A stretch of 64,000 nucleotides of DNA, from positions 76,386,001 to 76,450,000 of the forward strand of contig NC_087436.1 of assembly GCF_036321535.1 (NCBI RefSeq), read 5' to 3'. A model generated the notes under the pieces. That model was given only the letters and a program-made list of their open reading frames with translations. It was not told where the DNA came from and searched no databases. Shown one piece after another: positions 1-13,409 of the stretch; position 1 is the first letter of the stretch; every line of letters begins with the position of its first letter. This DNA comes from Camelus dromedarius. Lineage: Eukaryota. The position numbers were made by a program, and so were the translations under genes.

Positions 1-148
1 TGTGCCAAGGACTGGGTGGCTTAAACAACAGAAATTTGTTTTCTCACAGTTATGAGTCTAAGATTAAGGTATTGGCAGGGTTATTTCCTCCAAGGACTCT
101 CTTCTTGGCTTGTAAATGGCTGTGTTCTCCTCTTTGTCTTCACGTGGT
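1..148 (-). mobile_element. MaLR LTR fragment (MLT1-type)
   Basis: gactgggtggcttaaacaacagaaatttgttttctcacagtt...tctttgtcttcacgtggt is typical MLT1 sequence. Confidence 0.8.
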
Positions 149-450
149 GAATCACATTGATTGATTTGCAGGTATTAAAAAACCCTTGCATCCCTGAGAT
201 AAATCCCACATGACCAAAGTGTATGACCCTTTTAATGTATTGTTGAATTCGGTTTGCTGATATTTTGTTGAGGGTTTTTGCATCTATATTCATCAGTGAC
301 ATTGGCTTGTGATTTTTATTTTTTGTAGTGTCTTTGTCTTGTTTTAATATCAGGGTGATGCAGGCCTCATAGAATGTGTTCAGAAGTGTTCTTTCCTCTG
401 CAAATTTAACAAGTAGTTTGAGAAGGATAGGAATTAACTCTTCTCTAAAC
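149..450 (-). mobile_element. L1 ORF2 RT fragment (inverted 5' part of the adjacent L1)
   Basis: ORF 81..302 peptide [27 protein letters not shown]...[11 protein letters not shown] is L1 RT. Confidence 0.92.
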
Positions 451-1771
451 GAATGAAATTAGAACATTCTCCAACACCATATAGAAAAATAAACTCCAAT
501 ATAAATTATAGCAATATTTATTTGCATCTGTTTCCTAAAAAAAGTAAATAAAAGCAAAAATAAACAAATGGGACCTAATTAGACTTAAAAGCTTTCACAC
601 AGCAAAGGAAATAATCAACAAAATGAAAATACAGCCTACTGAATGGAAGAAAATATTTGTAAATGATATGACTGATGAAGGGTTAATGTCCAACATATAT
701 AAAACAGCTCATACAACTCAACATCAAGAAAACAAACAACCTGATTAAAAGATGAGTGGGAGAACTGGATAGACATGTTTCCAAAGAGGAAATGCAGATG
801 GCCAACAGGCACATAAGATGCTCAACATTGCTAATCATCAGGGAAATGCAAATCAGAACCACAATGAATTATCACCTCACACCTGTCAGAATGGCTATAA
901 TCAAAAAGAAAAGAAATAATAAACATTGGCAAGGATGTGGAGAAAAGGGAACCCTTGTACATCATTGGTGGGAATATAAATTGGTGCTGCCACTGTGTGA
1001 AACAGCACTGAGGTTTCTTAAAAAACTAAAAATAGAGCTACAATATGATCCAGCAATTCCACTTCTGGCTATATATCTGAAAAAACAAAAACAAAAACAA
1101 AAACAAAAACACTAATTCAAAAAGATACATGTACCCCAGTGTTCACAGAAGCATTATTTACAAAAGCCCAGATATTGAAACAACCTTAGTATCCATCAAC
1201 AGATGAATGGATAAAGATGATGTGGTATATAGGTATATATGTATGTATGTATATAGGTGTATGTGTGTGTGTGTATATATATACACACACATACACATAT
1301 ACACAATGAAATACTACTCAGCCATAAAAAGGAATGGAATTTTGCCATTTGCAGCAGCATTGATGAACTTGGAGGGCATTATGCTAAGTGAAGTAAGTCA
1401 GACAGAGAAAGACAATGTATGATGTCACTTATATGTGGAATGTAAAAAATACAACAAACTAGTGAATAAAATGAAAAGGAAGCAGACTCACAGATACAGA
1501 GAACAAGCTAGTGGTTACTAGTGGGGAGAGGAAATGGGAGGGGTGAGATGGGGTAAGGGAGTAACAGGTAGACACTATTAGGTATAAAATAAACTACAAG
1601 GACATATTATACAACATGGGGAATATAGCTCATATTTAATAATAACTATAAATGGAGTATAACCTTTAAAAGTTGTGAATCACTATATTATTGTACATCT
1701 GTAACTTATACAATATTGGACATCAACTATACTTCAGTTAAAAAAATAATAAGTAAATAAATTTGAAAAAA
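451..1771 (+). mobile_element. L1 ORF2 C-terminus, 3' UTR and A-rich tail (cetartiodactyl-type)
   Basis: Peptides [29 protein letters not shown]. 3' UTR ends catcaactatacttcagttaaaaaaa. Internal CAAAAA and TA/TG/CA microsatellites. Confidence 0.93.
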
Positions 1772-1789
1772 GTAGGAAACTCCTTAGAA

Positions 1790-2124
1790 GCCAACTGTAG
1801 AGGGACAGAAGGAAGAAGTAGTAGTAGCAGGGACAGGGATGGGATTACCTAGTGGAAGCTGGAACCATCCAGGGCCTGGAAACACTGAAGCCTCACAAGA
1901 AACACAGGGGCTGCCAGAGGTAATGCTCGAGGCAGAGAGAGAGGCGAGAATGCTCTAGTCTCTCCCCTCCTCTTAACTCTCTATTTTTCTTCCAGGGCCC
2001 CTAATGGCCAACCCTAGACAGAAGCCTGGCAGTTACAGCCCGCTGGGGTCTGTTCTGCATTTCAGAGAGAACAGGAGGAAGGCAAGGAGTGAATGTGAGG
2101 GCAAACGAGCCCAAGACAGGTACA
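1790..2124. mobile_element. Ancient LTR fragment (LTR33/LTR78-like)
   Basis: Purine-rich LTR-like sequence ending gaatgtgagggcaaacgagcccaagacaggtaca. Family assigned by recollection only. Confidence 0.5.
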
Positions 2125-2959
2125 AGTACTAAGACATTGGACATTATAAAGTGATTCAAAATCCTTCAAATTAATGAAGGCAGATTTACATATTTATATT
2201 TATGGTTAGGGACTGTTATATAAATCTACCCACAACTGCCCAAACAAGACTTACTTTATCTTGTAATTTCTTTAAAAATATTTCTTCTCTTCTTTGCCTG
2301 GAAGACCCATTCCCCCTCCCACCCCACAATCTGTGCATTTCTAAATTCTAAATGTTTTGTAAAGCCTTGCTTAAATTCTCCTTGAAGTTTTCCAAATTCT
2401 TCTTTTCTCTTCTTTCTTCTTAACCCCATTCACTCTGTACTGGTCTCAGGGCACTGAGAATGTTCCCATCTATATTAGCAACTGTTTATGTTCCCAGTAT
2501 GCACTTTTTAAGAGTGGGGCCTGGGGCCTTTATATTTCATACAGTTTTTAATACTGCAGCTTGCACATTATTAAAGATCAATAAGTATATCTAGTAAATA
2601 ATTGTACTTAAGAAAACTTTTATAATAATGGCATTATTCCCACTTAATGTTTTTAATCTTGTTATCTTTCCTACAATTTTTCCATCATCTTCACCATCCT
2701 GGATAACAAAGCTAATAGAACACAAGCATTTTTTTTTTTTTCCTTTTGGATTCCCTTTTGAGGGAAGATGCATTTCATTTTATGTTATGTAGATGAGAAT
2801 CCTTGGACTGGGAGTCAGGGAAATTACCCTCTTGTCCCATCTAAATATCAAAAGGCACATGAAATTTTGAATGCATATGCGAAGTTAATAGATCTTTTCG
2901 ATTACCTTTCCCTCTTTGCATGGCCACTTTTGTAGATCTTGAAATAAATCTATTCCTTG

Positions 2960-4155
2960 CACTACATTTATTGAGTACTGACTGTGAGCCAGGCATGTTC
3001 TAGGCATTTGAAATATGTCAGGAAACAAAACAAATCATTTCCCCCCCTTGTATTCTAGCAAGAATAACAATAAACATAAAAAATTTATAAGTTTACTTGA
3101 GGCAATGTCTAATGTGAAGGAAAATTGAATGAGGTTAGTAAGATCAGAAATGCAAGGACGGAGGTGGGGGACAGGTTGCCATTTAAATAGGATGGTCAGA
3201 GGTGGTAAAGGTGACATTTGAGCAGAGACTTAAAGGAAGTAATGAAGTTGGCAATACAGGAGGAGCTTTCCAGACAGAGAGAACAGGATATAAAGGCCCT
3301 AAAGTGGTAAAACACATGAAACAGATGTTCCTAAACTTCTTAGTTTCATGGAGCTCACAGTGTCTGTCCCCACCCCAGTGTCTCTAGACGAAAAGAAGTA
3401 TCTAACCAGTTCTATTCATGAAGTTGTCACAAACAACTTGATAAGTATTTTTGTCCAAATTTAGTAGTTGTTTGGCAATGTACATATATTATAGATAACT
3501 TTTTTTTTCATTCTTACATAACCACAGTTACTTATGAATGGACTGTGTGTTCCCATTGGGGACTCACCTTGGATGAGGTAGTAGGATTTGGTCAAACTTT
3601 AGATTTATTTTGAAGGTAGAGCTAGTTGGGTATGTTGATGGATTATATGTGAAATATGAGGAAAAGAGAGGAGCCAAGGATGACTCTGAGATTTTGGGCT
3701 GAGGAACTGGAAGGAAGGAGTTGTCATCAAGAGAGGGAGGGTGGACTGTGGGTCAGCAGGTGTGGGAGCTTCTTTCTTGACATGTTCAGTTTCAGACATA
3801 AATTAGACATGAAAGTAGAAATGCCAACTAGGCAGCTGGTTATAGGAGTGTGATGTTCAGAAGGGAGGCTTGGGGTGAAGATGTGCTTTGGGATGATGAG
3901 AGGTACATAGATGGTATGTAAAACCATGGAGCTAAATGAGATCTTGTAGAGAATGAGAGAATGAATGCAGATGGGGAGAGAAAAGATCCAAAGACCGAAT
4001 GTTGGGACACTTTAATAAGAATAGGTTTGGGAAAAGTGAAGGAACTAGAGAGTGGATTTAAAAAATTAGGGAAAAAACCAGGACAGTGTGTTATTCTGGA
4101 AGCTCAGTGAAAAGCAGATCATCTACTTTGTCTGATACTTTGGAGAGGCCAATGA
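2960..4155 (-). mobile_element. L2 3' region, interrupted at ~3322-3570 by a hAT-Charlie-like fragment
   Basis: acatttattgagtactgactgtgagccaggc, ggtgacatttgagcagagacttaaagg, ttttgaaggtagagc. The insert begins cagatgttcctaaactt. Confidence 0.8.
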
Positions 4156-4283
4156 AGATAAACAAATAAAATGCAGTTTGTTAAACACTTCAGTAAATTC
4201 AGAAATGAAATTCTTTTAACAAAATAACTAATGTTACTATGTGACCTGTCAAAAAAGCAAAATTTTTATTAGACTCTTCTATT

Positions 4284-4400
4284 AAAGAATATCAAAATGA
4301 ATCTATGTATGTTAATGTATGACTGAAGCATTATGCCCCAGAAATTGATGCAATATTATAAACTGACTATACTTCAATAAAAATATAAATGTACTAAAAA
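4284..4400 (+). mobile_element. Very short 5'-truncated young L1 3' end (camelid-like)
   Basis: gtatgactgaagcattatg...ccagaaattgatgcaatattataaactgactatacttcaataaaa, related to the 20830-21444 element. Confidence 0.75.
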
Positions 4401-5104
4401 ATTTTTTTAAAGATGAGAAAATCAGGAGATCCTCAGTTCTTATTTTATAATTGACTAGCAGTATCTAGTGATAACCCTGTAATGAGTTTTATACCAAAAT
4501 GGAAATTTGTTAAATCTTAAGAAAGTTAATTAAAAATAATCACAGTGATCTTGATAGACAAAATTTATTTTCAATTAAAAAAAATTGGCAAGAGAAATAT
4601 GTTTGAGATCCAGTGCTTTTTTTTTGCATAGTGACTTAATATATACCAAGTGATGCTGAATATTTGCAGAACATCTGGTAAGAGCAGGTAGCAATTTCCT
4701 TTACAATATGTTTTAAACGGCAATTTGATAAAGCTGGAAAATAACAATTTTAATGTTCATTTAAAAGTGACTTTGCAAATAAGCAATTTTATTCCTGTTT
4801 GTTCTTACTGCTTGAGTTGGTTTCCTCACTTTAAACTAAAATTTCCTTAAATAAATTTGATAGAAAATATGTTAAATTATATTTCATCATTCTTTAAACA
4901 AAAGCTCAACTCTCTCACTTTCTTTTTGAAACCTTCTATTGTCAAAACAACTTACTTATTCTTTATTCCAAAGGCACTGTTTTGACCCCATAAAGTTTAT
5001 AATTATTAGGATTTCTGTGTGTTCTCCAACAGATTCCTTCTTAATCTCTCTCGCTCCTGTCCAGCTTAAATCTCATGACTGATCATCTGAACTATACTTT
5101 CCCT

Positions 5105-5450
5105 GGTTATATCAGTCTGGGTTCAGTTAAGAAAACAGAGTCACACTAGGTATTTAAAACATGATGAATTTAATATAAAGAATTACTGAAACATGATGGC
5201 TGAGCCAAAAACCTAACAGGGAATGGTGAGAAAATTAGCAAAAACAAGAAGTTGCTACCATCCCCAGGACTGAAGAGAAAGCTGGAAAGGGCAACATTCT
5301 GAGTGCAGAGGCAGGGCTTACTGAAGGGAGCTAGACCTATGGGAGCTGGGATCAGCAAGGGAGACGATGTGCAAGGAGAGTTGGAGGAGATACAACTGCT
5401 TTCAGAAAGACCAGTCAAAGCAGAGCAACGGGGGTTAAGCAGCCCTAGTG
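5105..5450. mobile_element. Ancient LTR fragment (LTR33-like)
   Basis: atcagtctgggttcagttaagaaaacagagtcacactaggtattt...gaatttaatataaagaatt resembles an LTR33-family terminus. Confidence 0.55.
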
Positions 5451-5659
5451 TATCTGTCATTGAATCTAGTTAGAAAAAAAGAAACCATAGAAATTATTAT
5501 TATTGTTGTTGTTATTATTATTATTATTTACAGGTGCACAGTGTTTATTGAATGGATGAGTAGGGTATGGCAAGACGAAGTTTTAGACTATAACTGTTAC
5601 AGTAACAAAGGTCCACTGAGTCGCAGGCAGAGCTGTGAATAAGGAACTGGAATCCTTAG

Positions 5660-5840
5660 GTAGATGTCTGTAGATAAAATGTTATTGGAACACAGCCGTG
5701 ATTTTAAATTTACATGTTGTCCATGGCTGCTTCCACACTACAGAAGCGGAGCTGAGTGGTTGTAACAGAGACCAGGTGGACCACACAGCCTCCAATGTTT
5801 ACTATTTGGCTCATTACAGAGAAAGTTTGCCCAGCTCAGT
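5660..5840. mobile_element. MER58-type hAT-Charlie MITE
   Basis: ttattggaacacagcc...catggctgcttccacactac...tttactatttggctcattacagagaaagtttgcc. Confidence 0.85.
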
Positions 5841-6254
5841 TTTACACCCACACAAGAATCATGCTGGTAGAAATCATACAGCCATGCCGATTAATATTCT
5901 CTTTTATGGGCACTCGTTTTTCTTACACTTGTACTTGGTTATTTCTCAGTATCTTTAACGTGTCTTCATCAAGTCTCTACTCAACACTCATCCCTTACCC
6001 CAAGCCAAGTGCTATGCACGATCACTTCATTGACAAAATTGGGGTAAAAAGAAATTGCCTTTTCTTATTTCCTGTTTGAGAGCTACAGACATATATATTA
6101 ACAAAGCCTGCCTTTCCTTTTTGTCCTCCAGTCTCAGAGAGTGAGTTATCTTAGGTACCCGTTTCACCTCTCCACCTGACATTGTCCCATCCCACCTGTC
6201 CCTTCACTATTAATCCAACTGTATCATCAATCTTGGTCTCCTTTTTAAAGACAT

Positions 6255-6480
6255 TACGGAGTAGTGGTCAGGAACTTTTAAATTGGCCAACTAGGCTCTG
6301 ATTCTACTCTACTACTTACTAATTCTGTAACCATTAGCAGTTTCTTTTGATCTTTATCACCCTTAGCATCCTTCTTTGTAAAAATAATTATTCATAGAAT
6401 TTTTGTAAACATTAAATAAGATGCTACATGTAAACATTTAGTGCAGTACCTGCCATGTAATGTGTTTAATATGTTTTAAC
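6255..6480 (+). mobile_element. MIR SINE
   Basis: ctctactacttactaattctgtaacc...tgtaaacatttagtgcagtacctgcc. Confidence 0.7.
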
Positions 6481-6499
6481 TGTTTTCAAAATATCACTA

Positions 6500-7890
6500 A
6501 ATTTTTACCATCAGCACTTCAACCTCTAAAAATATTCAATCCTTTCTCAAACTAAAAAGAAAAAAGTCCCTTCAATCCTATGCCTCCTTCTGTTACTACT
6601 GTCTTAAACCTCCCTTTTTCATTCAGATCTTACTTCCTAAGTAGTCTTGTCTCATCATTTTACTCTTCTTTCATTTCACAATTTAACGCATTGCAATTTG
6701 ATTTTCTCCTTTAACTGGCCTTCTGAAAATGCTCTTGCAAAGGTCAACAATGATGTTCTAGTTCCCAACTCCGTTCATACTTCCCAGTCTTTATATTATT
6801 TACTCTCTCTACAGCATTCAGTCTTGTTAATTGCTCACTCCTTTTGTAAGTTTCCTATCCCTGGCTTCTAACACATTACAGTTTTCTGATTTCTCAGCTA
6901 ATTTCTCTCATTCTTGGTTGTTTCTTCACCTGTCCATGCTGGAGGTTTTAGTTGTCCTCACTGTACATGCCATATCATGTACTTACTGGGTAACTCCTCT
7001 GTCCCAGGGTTTCAAATTGACATCCATATGCATACAAAACTGTAACTACAACCCAGATCTTTCCCAAGCTCACGCATAACATTACTAGCTGCCTGTTGTA
7101 CATTCATATCAGTGTGACCTACTTTTAAGTTCAGTATATCCAAAGACTCATGTTCTTTCTAAACCTGACTCCCTTTCTTCATTTTTGACACAATTCTTGG
7201 CTATTATCACTCAGTCAGAAAGCTCTGAGTCATTCTTGACTCTTTCCTTTTCCATATGCTCCAAATTCAGTGAGTTTCAAAGTCCAGCCGTTTTTTTTCA
7301 CTCTTAAATATCTCACTCTATTTTCTAGTGTGAGGACTCACACTTGGGCTCATCTCTTTAACCCTCACCATCTCCAGACTGTGCTGCAATAACAGCCTCC
7401 AATTGAAAGCCTTTCTACCTTCAGTTTTGAATGCATCAAATCCAAACCCATGCAACAGCCAGCTGTGTGTCTATGTATATCTGACTATGCTGCCCTTCTA
7501 GGTAAACCCCTCAAAGATTCCTCTGAGTGTATGTTAAACTTGAAGCTTTTTCACATGCCATGTAACATCCTCTGAATTGGGGAAAATGTCTTCCTTTCTA
7601 GCCTCATATCCTGCAGATCTAAAAATCATATTTTATATTTTTGCAGCACTGAACTAAGGGTTCAGAAAGAAGGATCATCAACTCTTTTTTCTCTCTGGGC
7701 TTGGCTCTTGCTGACTTCTGTGACATCCTTCCTCCATCTTTCCTCCAGCCCTCTGCATAGCCAAGTGCTTCTGCATCACTTAGGATCAGCTAAGGCGCCC
7801 TCCCGCTGTAGGTCTTCCCAGTCTAGGCAGTCTCTCTTTCTGTGCTTCCTTCTGTTTTAGCTTTGCATTTTCTGCTGTATTATAATTATA
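6500..7890 (+). mobile_element. Degenerate L2
   Basis: gaaaatgctcttgcaaaggtcaacaatga, ctctctacagcattc, gagtcattcttgactctttcc. Confidence 0.7.
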
Positions 7891-8779
7891 TAACATAGTG
7901 TTTGGAAATGAGTTGGCATTTCATATCTCTGAAAATTTTTTGTGTGTGTGGAAAGAATTATCCTAGGTTTTATTCAACACTTAATTGTTATTTAAATGTT
8001 ACTTACAAGGTAAAGGGCTAAGTGCTGGGATGTTCAAGGATACATAAGACATAAATCTTCCTTTCAAGGTTAGGTGGTCAAGGAAGAACAATGTAGCAAG
8101 CAGAGAGTTAACTAATTTACAAGCTAGAACAAGGTAGAAAGTGTCAAGTGCAGAACAGCAGTGAAGATGAAGTATTGAAAGAATTCATGTGAGATAGAGA
8201 TTAATTCCTTATAGTATATATTGCCAGATACTCAAAGCACTACCCAAATATTTTGATGTTATATCAATTCAATTCAAGGATTCTGATTTGTAATCACATC
8301 ACTACTGAAACTTCAGGGCAAATATGGCTCCTGTGGCACAACCCCCTACCCATTGTTGATCAGGTGTATTTCTGACCCAATTTCTTTGGCATCTCTAGTT
8401 TCCTGATAGTCCACAGCCACTTGCCTAGTATTCATTGAGAAATCTTAAAAAATATTATTTCTTTTTCTTTACATTTTTCTCCAAGAATTTGAGAAAAACA
8501 GTAAGGAATAAAGCATAAATGCTGTTTTCAGCAAGGAGGTAGGAAAGTGAAAGAATGAGAAAAATGAGGACGATTGACCATATTTTTTTCCCTCTTCCTC
8601 CTTTTTTTGCTTTGTGGCTCTGGCTCCAAATATCCTAGATGTGTGAACTTAGGTACATTATTTCACAAGTTTGAGCCTCAACTTCCTCTTCCATAAAATG
8701 CAGATAATCACACCTACATCAGGTATTTCATGGAGCTGCATGAACATGGACCAAGAGTCTACACCTGTGACTTGAGGCC

Positions 8780-9070
8780 CCTCACATTTGGACAGCAGTT
8801 AGGGATGGGAAGAGAGGGGCTGTGGGCTGGGATCCAGAGGTCTGTTTTCCCCACGCCTCCATGCTCCAGAGGAAAATCTGAGGAGTCTGAGAATTCTAAA
8901 TTTGAACCTTGTAGGTTGTTATAATATTTATTGTCAAAGTGGAATAGAGTAGATCACATTTTATTTAACATTTTGTTAATTTGATTTATAACTTTAAATA
9001 TTTAGATGTATGGCATAAGGCCTACATTTGTTCTTTTGCCTTTGCTCCCATAATCTTAGGGACAGGCCCG
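8780..9070. mobile_element. hAT-Tip100-like DNA transposon fragment, preceded by a MIR at ~8610-8750
   Basis: Ends gctcccataatcttagggacaggcccg. MIR core gagcctcaacttcctcttccataaaatg lies upstream. Confidence 0.5.
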
Positions 9071-9138
9071 TGCCCAAGTCACTAAGTCAGCCAATGATAC
9101 ACCAAGACACATGTTTTAAGGTGATGTTCCTATGACAC

Positions 9139-9315
9139 CAGTGCTTCCTAAACTTGACTGGTCGTAAGAATCATTAGAGTGCTGGAAGCTGGCTAAAGTG
9201 TAGGTTCCTTGTTTCTTCTTCAGTGATTCCCTCTCAGTGTTTTGGATTAGTGCCTAACAATTTAACAAAGGCTCCAGGAGAATTTTATGCTCAGGCAAGT
9301 CTGGGAAACACCATC
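9139..9315. mobile_element. MER5-type hAT MITE
   Basis: cagtgcttcctaaacttgac...caagtctgggaaacacc termini. Confidence 0.7.
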
Positions 9316-9759
9316 CTAGTCAGTCAGTAATCAGCCATTGTACTATTAGGTTGGCACTTACAATCAACCTTGTATTGCAAATGGTTAGATGTTTTATTTT
9401 TCCTGATAGGTCTTCATCTCCCTGACTGAAGGAATGGTTTCATGTACAACTTTTTATCTTGTGTAGCCTCCCCTGTAGTACTTTTTTACGTTAGAGGGGT
9501 AGTCAACATTTATTGGATAAATGATTAATATTTGAAATTATTTTGTAGAGTATCTATTAACAGTGTGTATGAAAGTGATAGTTTTTATGTCTTACCATAC
9601 ACAGGCTAAGAAAATTAAGAAGGTTGCCCTTATATGTATTGTGTATTCTTGTACCTATTTCTATTGAAGTTTCATATTGTATTGAATGACTGTTCCATTA
9701 GCTATGAGTCATTTGAGATCAAATGTTCCATTTTGATTTGTTCATCACCTAGTGCGTTG

Positions 9760-10064
9760 GTCTTGGAGATGCGCTGTCAAGATCTCTCTTTAAATAAGGA
9801 CTTGTTTCCCCAACTATTGACTGGTCACAGTTGAGGCATAAAGGTCTGACCATTTCAGCTCATGGTGAAACAGTTTTCATGGACTGGTATGTTTCGGAGC
9901 TCCCCTTTACGTTGGCCAGGGCTTTGTTGGACCTGCAGTGAAGTTCAGCTTCTCCCTCTGCCCAATTCTGTTTCCTCCTCCTCGTTTTCCAGCTATGTTG
10001 GCGTAAACATCTGACACAGCAAGCACTGTCTCAGTGTCTGTCTTTCAGAATCCTGCCTGTAACA
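9760..10064 (+). mobile_element. LTR16-like ERVL LTR
   Basis: cttctccctctgcccaattctgtttcc...tctcagtgtctgtctttcagaatcctgcctgtaaca. Confidence 0.7.
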
Positions 10065-10139
10065 TCTAGCCTATTGGAGACTCAATATATTTCTTGAATA
10101 TATGGCAGATACGTTAATAACAACAATATTAATCAACAT

Positions 10140-10410
10140 ATAATATGCTTACTACGTGGTAAGCACTATTCTAAGTACCTTATATGTATTATATGTATAA
10201 CAATATGTAACAACATATATTAATATAATTATTATAAAACATATATATCATTATATTATTATAATTTTGAGGTAAATATTATTATTATCTTCTTTTTACA
10301 GATAAGAAACCAAGGCACAGAGAAGTTATGTGACTTGTTCAGGGTCACATGATTGAGGAGCTTATATTGGAACCCAGGCAGTCTGGTTCCAGAGCCCATG
10401 TTCTTAGTCG
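10140..10410 (-). mobile_element. MIR SINE
   Basis: ttttacagataagaaaccaaggcacagagaagttatgtgacttgttcagggtcac. Confidence 0.85.
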
Positions 10411-13069
10411 TCTAATTAAAGTGTTTTCCAAATACATTTAATTAACCTTCACTGGATGGATGAATTAAAAATACATTTCTATGGTATAAGTAGTCAATTA
10501 ATATGTTATTGATTATGCTTTGCAGTATCTGAAAATATGGTTGTCATTACTAGATTCTAGTAGACTTGTTTTTATTCTTCAGAATAAAATTTAGAAAAAT
10601 GAATAATTTAAAAATTTACCTATTAGAAGATATTTATTCCTGATTTTTCTGCCTATATTTGAGAGAAAACTCATTCTAATTTTCCTGTTCTGGCTTTATC
10701 ATTCTGTTGTATCCAGGCTTTTGTGCAAGTTCTGTTTTTTGGAAATCATTTGGGGAAGACCTTGTAATTAAAGGCCTGTGGCATTCTCTTCTTAGCATGT
10801 GGGCTAACTCTCCTCTGTGGTCCTTGCTTCTCCTCAGCCCGAGGCCCAACCCCGGCCTGCACTGAAAGGATACAATAAGGTGGTCTTGGCAGTGGTGCAA
10901 GGGCCATCCTTGAATCAGTTCAGTAGTGAATTTTGGTCCCTTTCTCCTAGGGTCTCCTAGGGCGGGTTACTCTCTTGGGCCTCATTTAGAGGCTTCCTTG
11001 CTGCATGCTTTCATGTTTTCATTCACTTGGCCCCCATATTGTCCCCACATCTTACAGGAGTTGTGTTTCTTGGTCAGAACATCTAGTTACCGCATTTCAT
11101 TTTTATCTAACTGCTGCTGTTTGCCCAGGTGATCACAGCTAAGAGAATCTATAATTAAATCACCATCAGCTGCCTACCCTGCTTGGTGAATGTTCTACTT
11201 GTTCTCACTGTATTTTGGAATTTTTGCTAGAGGCAGTCAACCAGTTGCTTTTTGCCCCACTTGTCTGTCTACTGACTTCCTAGTTCTGCTCCGTTATATT
11301 TTCATCTGTCTGACACTAGGATGACTGATCTCAGTCTTGCTTCTTTGTTGATACCTCTTGTTTGTTAACTGATTCTGTAATCCACTGGGAGAGATTAATT
11401 CTGGCCTTATTATGTTAGAGCAAATTTCTTGTCGTCTGTTTCACAGTTATATTGATCTTATAGTCATTGAAAAAGTAAAATGGCTTGTCAAGTTATTGCA
11501 GATTAAATCCATGCAGAAAAGTTAATCCAAAGGCAGAAAACTCCTTTTTTGGATGATAGTTCACTTTGTGGCCTGCATTATTTTTACATAATTGCTCCAC
11601 TGTTTCATTGATTTTGCCAAAATATCATCAGACAGCACAACATAGAAGTAATTTCACTTCATTTTTTCCTCAGATGTTAGTAGTAAATTATTTATTGGCA
11701 GATATTTATTGAGTGGTTACTATGTCTAGGTGTGGAGCCTGCTTCCACACCTTCCAGGTGCAAGGAATGAAATGTTTTTGTATCTATATTTCTTGCTTTT
11801 CACATGTCTGCACTTTTTGACCAAAACTCATGATTACTCTATGAAGATGCTAAGGGAAACATTATTATTCTTACTATAAAAATGAATTAATGGAGTCTCA
11901 GAGAAGTTCCAGCAACTTGTTCAAGTTCAGTGCAGAATAGCACTGGGAGTAAGACTTCAGATGTCCTGTGTGAATCTTTTTTCTACTGAGCACATTAAGA
12001 GATTAAAACTCATAGGGAAATGTACATCAGACATAATCTCATGTGGAATTACCTATATTAAACAGATCTGATAAAAAGGAATTCTGACACATCCACAAGT
12101 AAGTGTTTAGAGTTCTGCCTTTTTTTTTTTTTTTGAAAGCAGTATTCTAAATTCCTTTTTTCTGAAAAATGTGATGAACCCTTTGGAAAATTCCTCAGTT
12201 CCATCATGCATCCTTTAGTAGACATGCTGTCATTCCATTTACTTGGATGGTCATTTTTCATAATGTTCTCCTTGAAGTATCCTGACAAGAAAAAATATAA
12301 GCTATTTCACACAGGGAGATGTACAGCTGGGAGAATCTAGCCCACTGGTATTTCTGGGATACGTACTTGCATGATACACTAAATACAGTCAATGCATGGA
12401 GAGACACAATGTAAACTGTTACTTTGAAATGCTTGCTTTTGGCACAACTTCCTCACAGGCATTTTACAATTTACAAAGCAGTATGGAGTAATGTTGACAA
12501 CTTCTGTGTTTACAAATTCACTGGTTTCTCTTTACGCAAGGCAGGATTTTTGGTTTTGGCAACTTTTCAGATGTTCGTCATTTCTTCCCAGTGTTTTTGC
12601 ATCTATCACTCTCTACCCTATTAGCATGGATATTATCTTATCCCAAGCTGAATGGGCCTCATTGAGGCCATGTGACTTACAAGAGGAAATATTTCTTATC
12701 CAATGGATCTGATGCAAGATTCCAACAAAATGCCTTGCTTCACTGCATTTAATACATCAAAAGAAGGATTTTGTTTTAGCAATGACTGGAAAGCAAGAAA
12801 CGTGAATTATGGTTTTAAATGATCATTTTTTTAATGTGAGATCCTGAGAGAGCTTTTGAAAACAGTTACTTCATTGCTTTTAAGAAAATAAGACATAATG
12901 AAAACAAATCTAAAGCAGTTATCACTGAAGTATTAAGGAATATCTTTTTGGCAATTTTTGAGATTCCTGAGATAAATATCTCTAGGATGGCTAAAATGTT
13001 GCCACATCTATAAAGTGAAAGAAAGATCAAGTATTGAGTAATTGTCATACTTACAATGAAAGTATTAGC

Positions 13070-13310
13070 AAGAATAACATCTATCGTGTGCTGTAGGCTT
13101 ATTCTGTGTCAGACAGTATTCTAAGAGCTTTATGTGGATTATTTATTTAATCCTCAAAGCAACTTTATGAGGCTTTCATTATCCCCATTTTACAGATGTG
13201 AAAACCAGAACACAGAAAGTTTAAGTAATTTGCCCAAAGAGATTCAGATAACAAGTGGTGAAGTTTGGAGCTTAACCAAGGAGTTTGTGCTAATTAAGTG
13301 TTAACTATGG
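13070..13310 (-). mobile_element. MIR SINE
   Basis: atccccattttacagatgtgaaaacc...aagtaatttgcccaa. Confidence 0.85.
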
Positions 13311-13409
13311 ACTAGTCATTGTGCTGTAGTTATGGGTTATTGCCGGCAAGGGTTTACGTCTCTCTGTGGAAAAAAGCATAAGTTCTACACCAGTTACCGT
13401 TGGTTTCTA

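Noticed and set aside
12058..12288. Minus-strand ORF after a good acceptor (ttttttcttgtcag)
   Set aside because: No recognisable product, and it runs through a poly(A) tract. Insufficient evidence for an exon.
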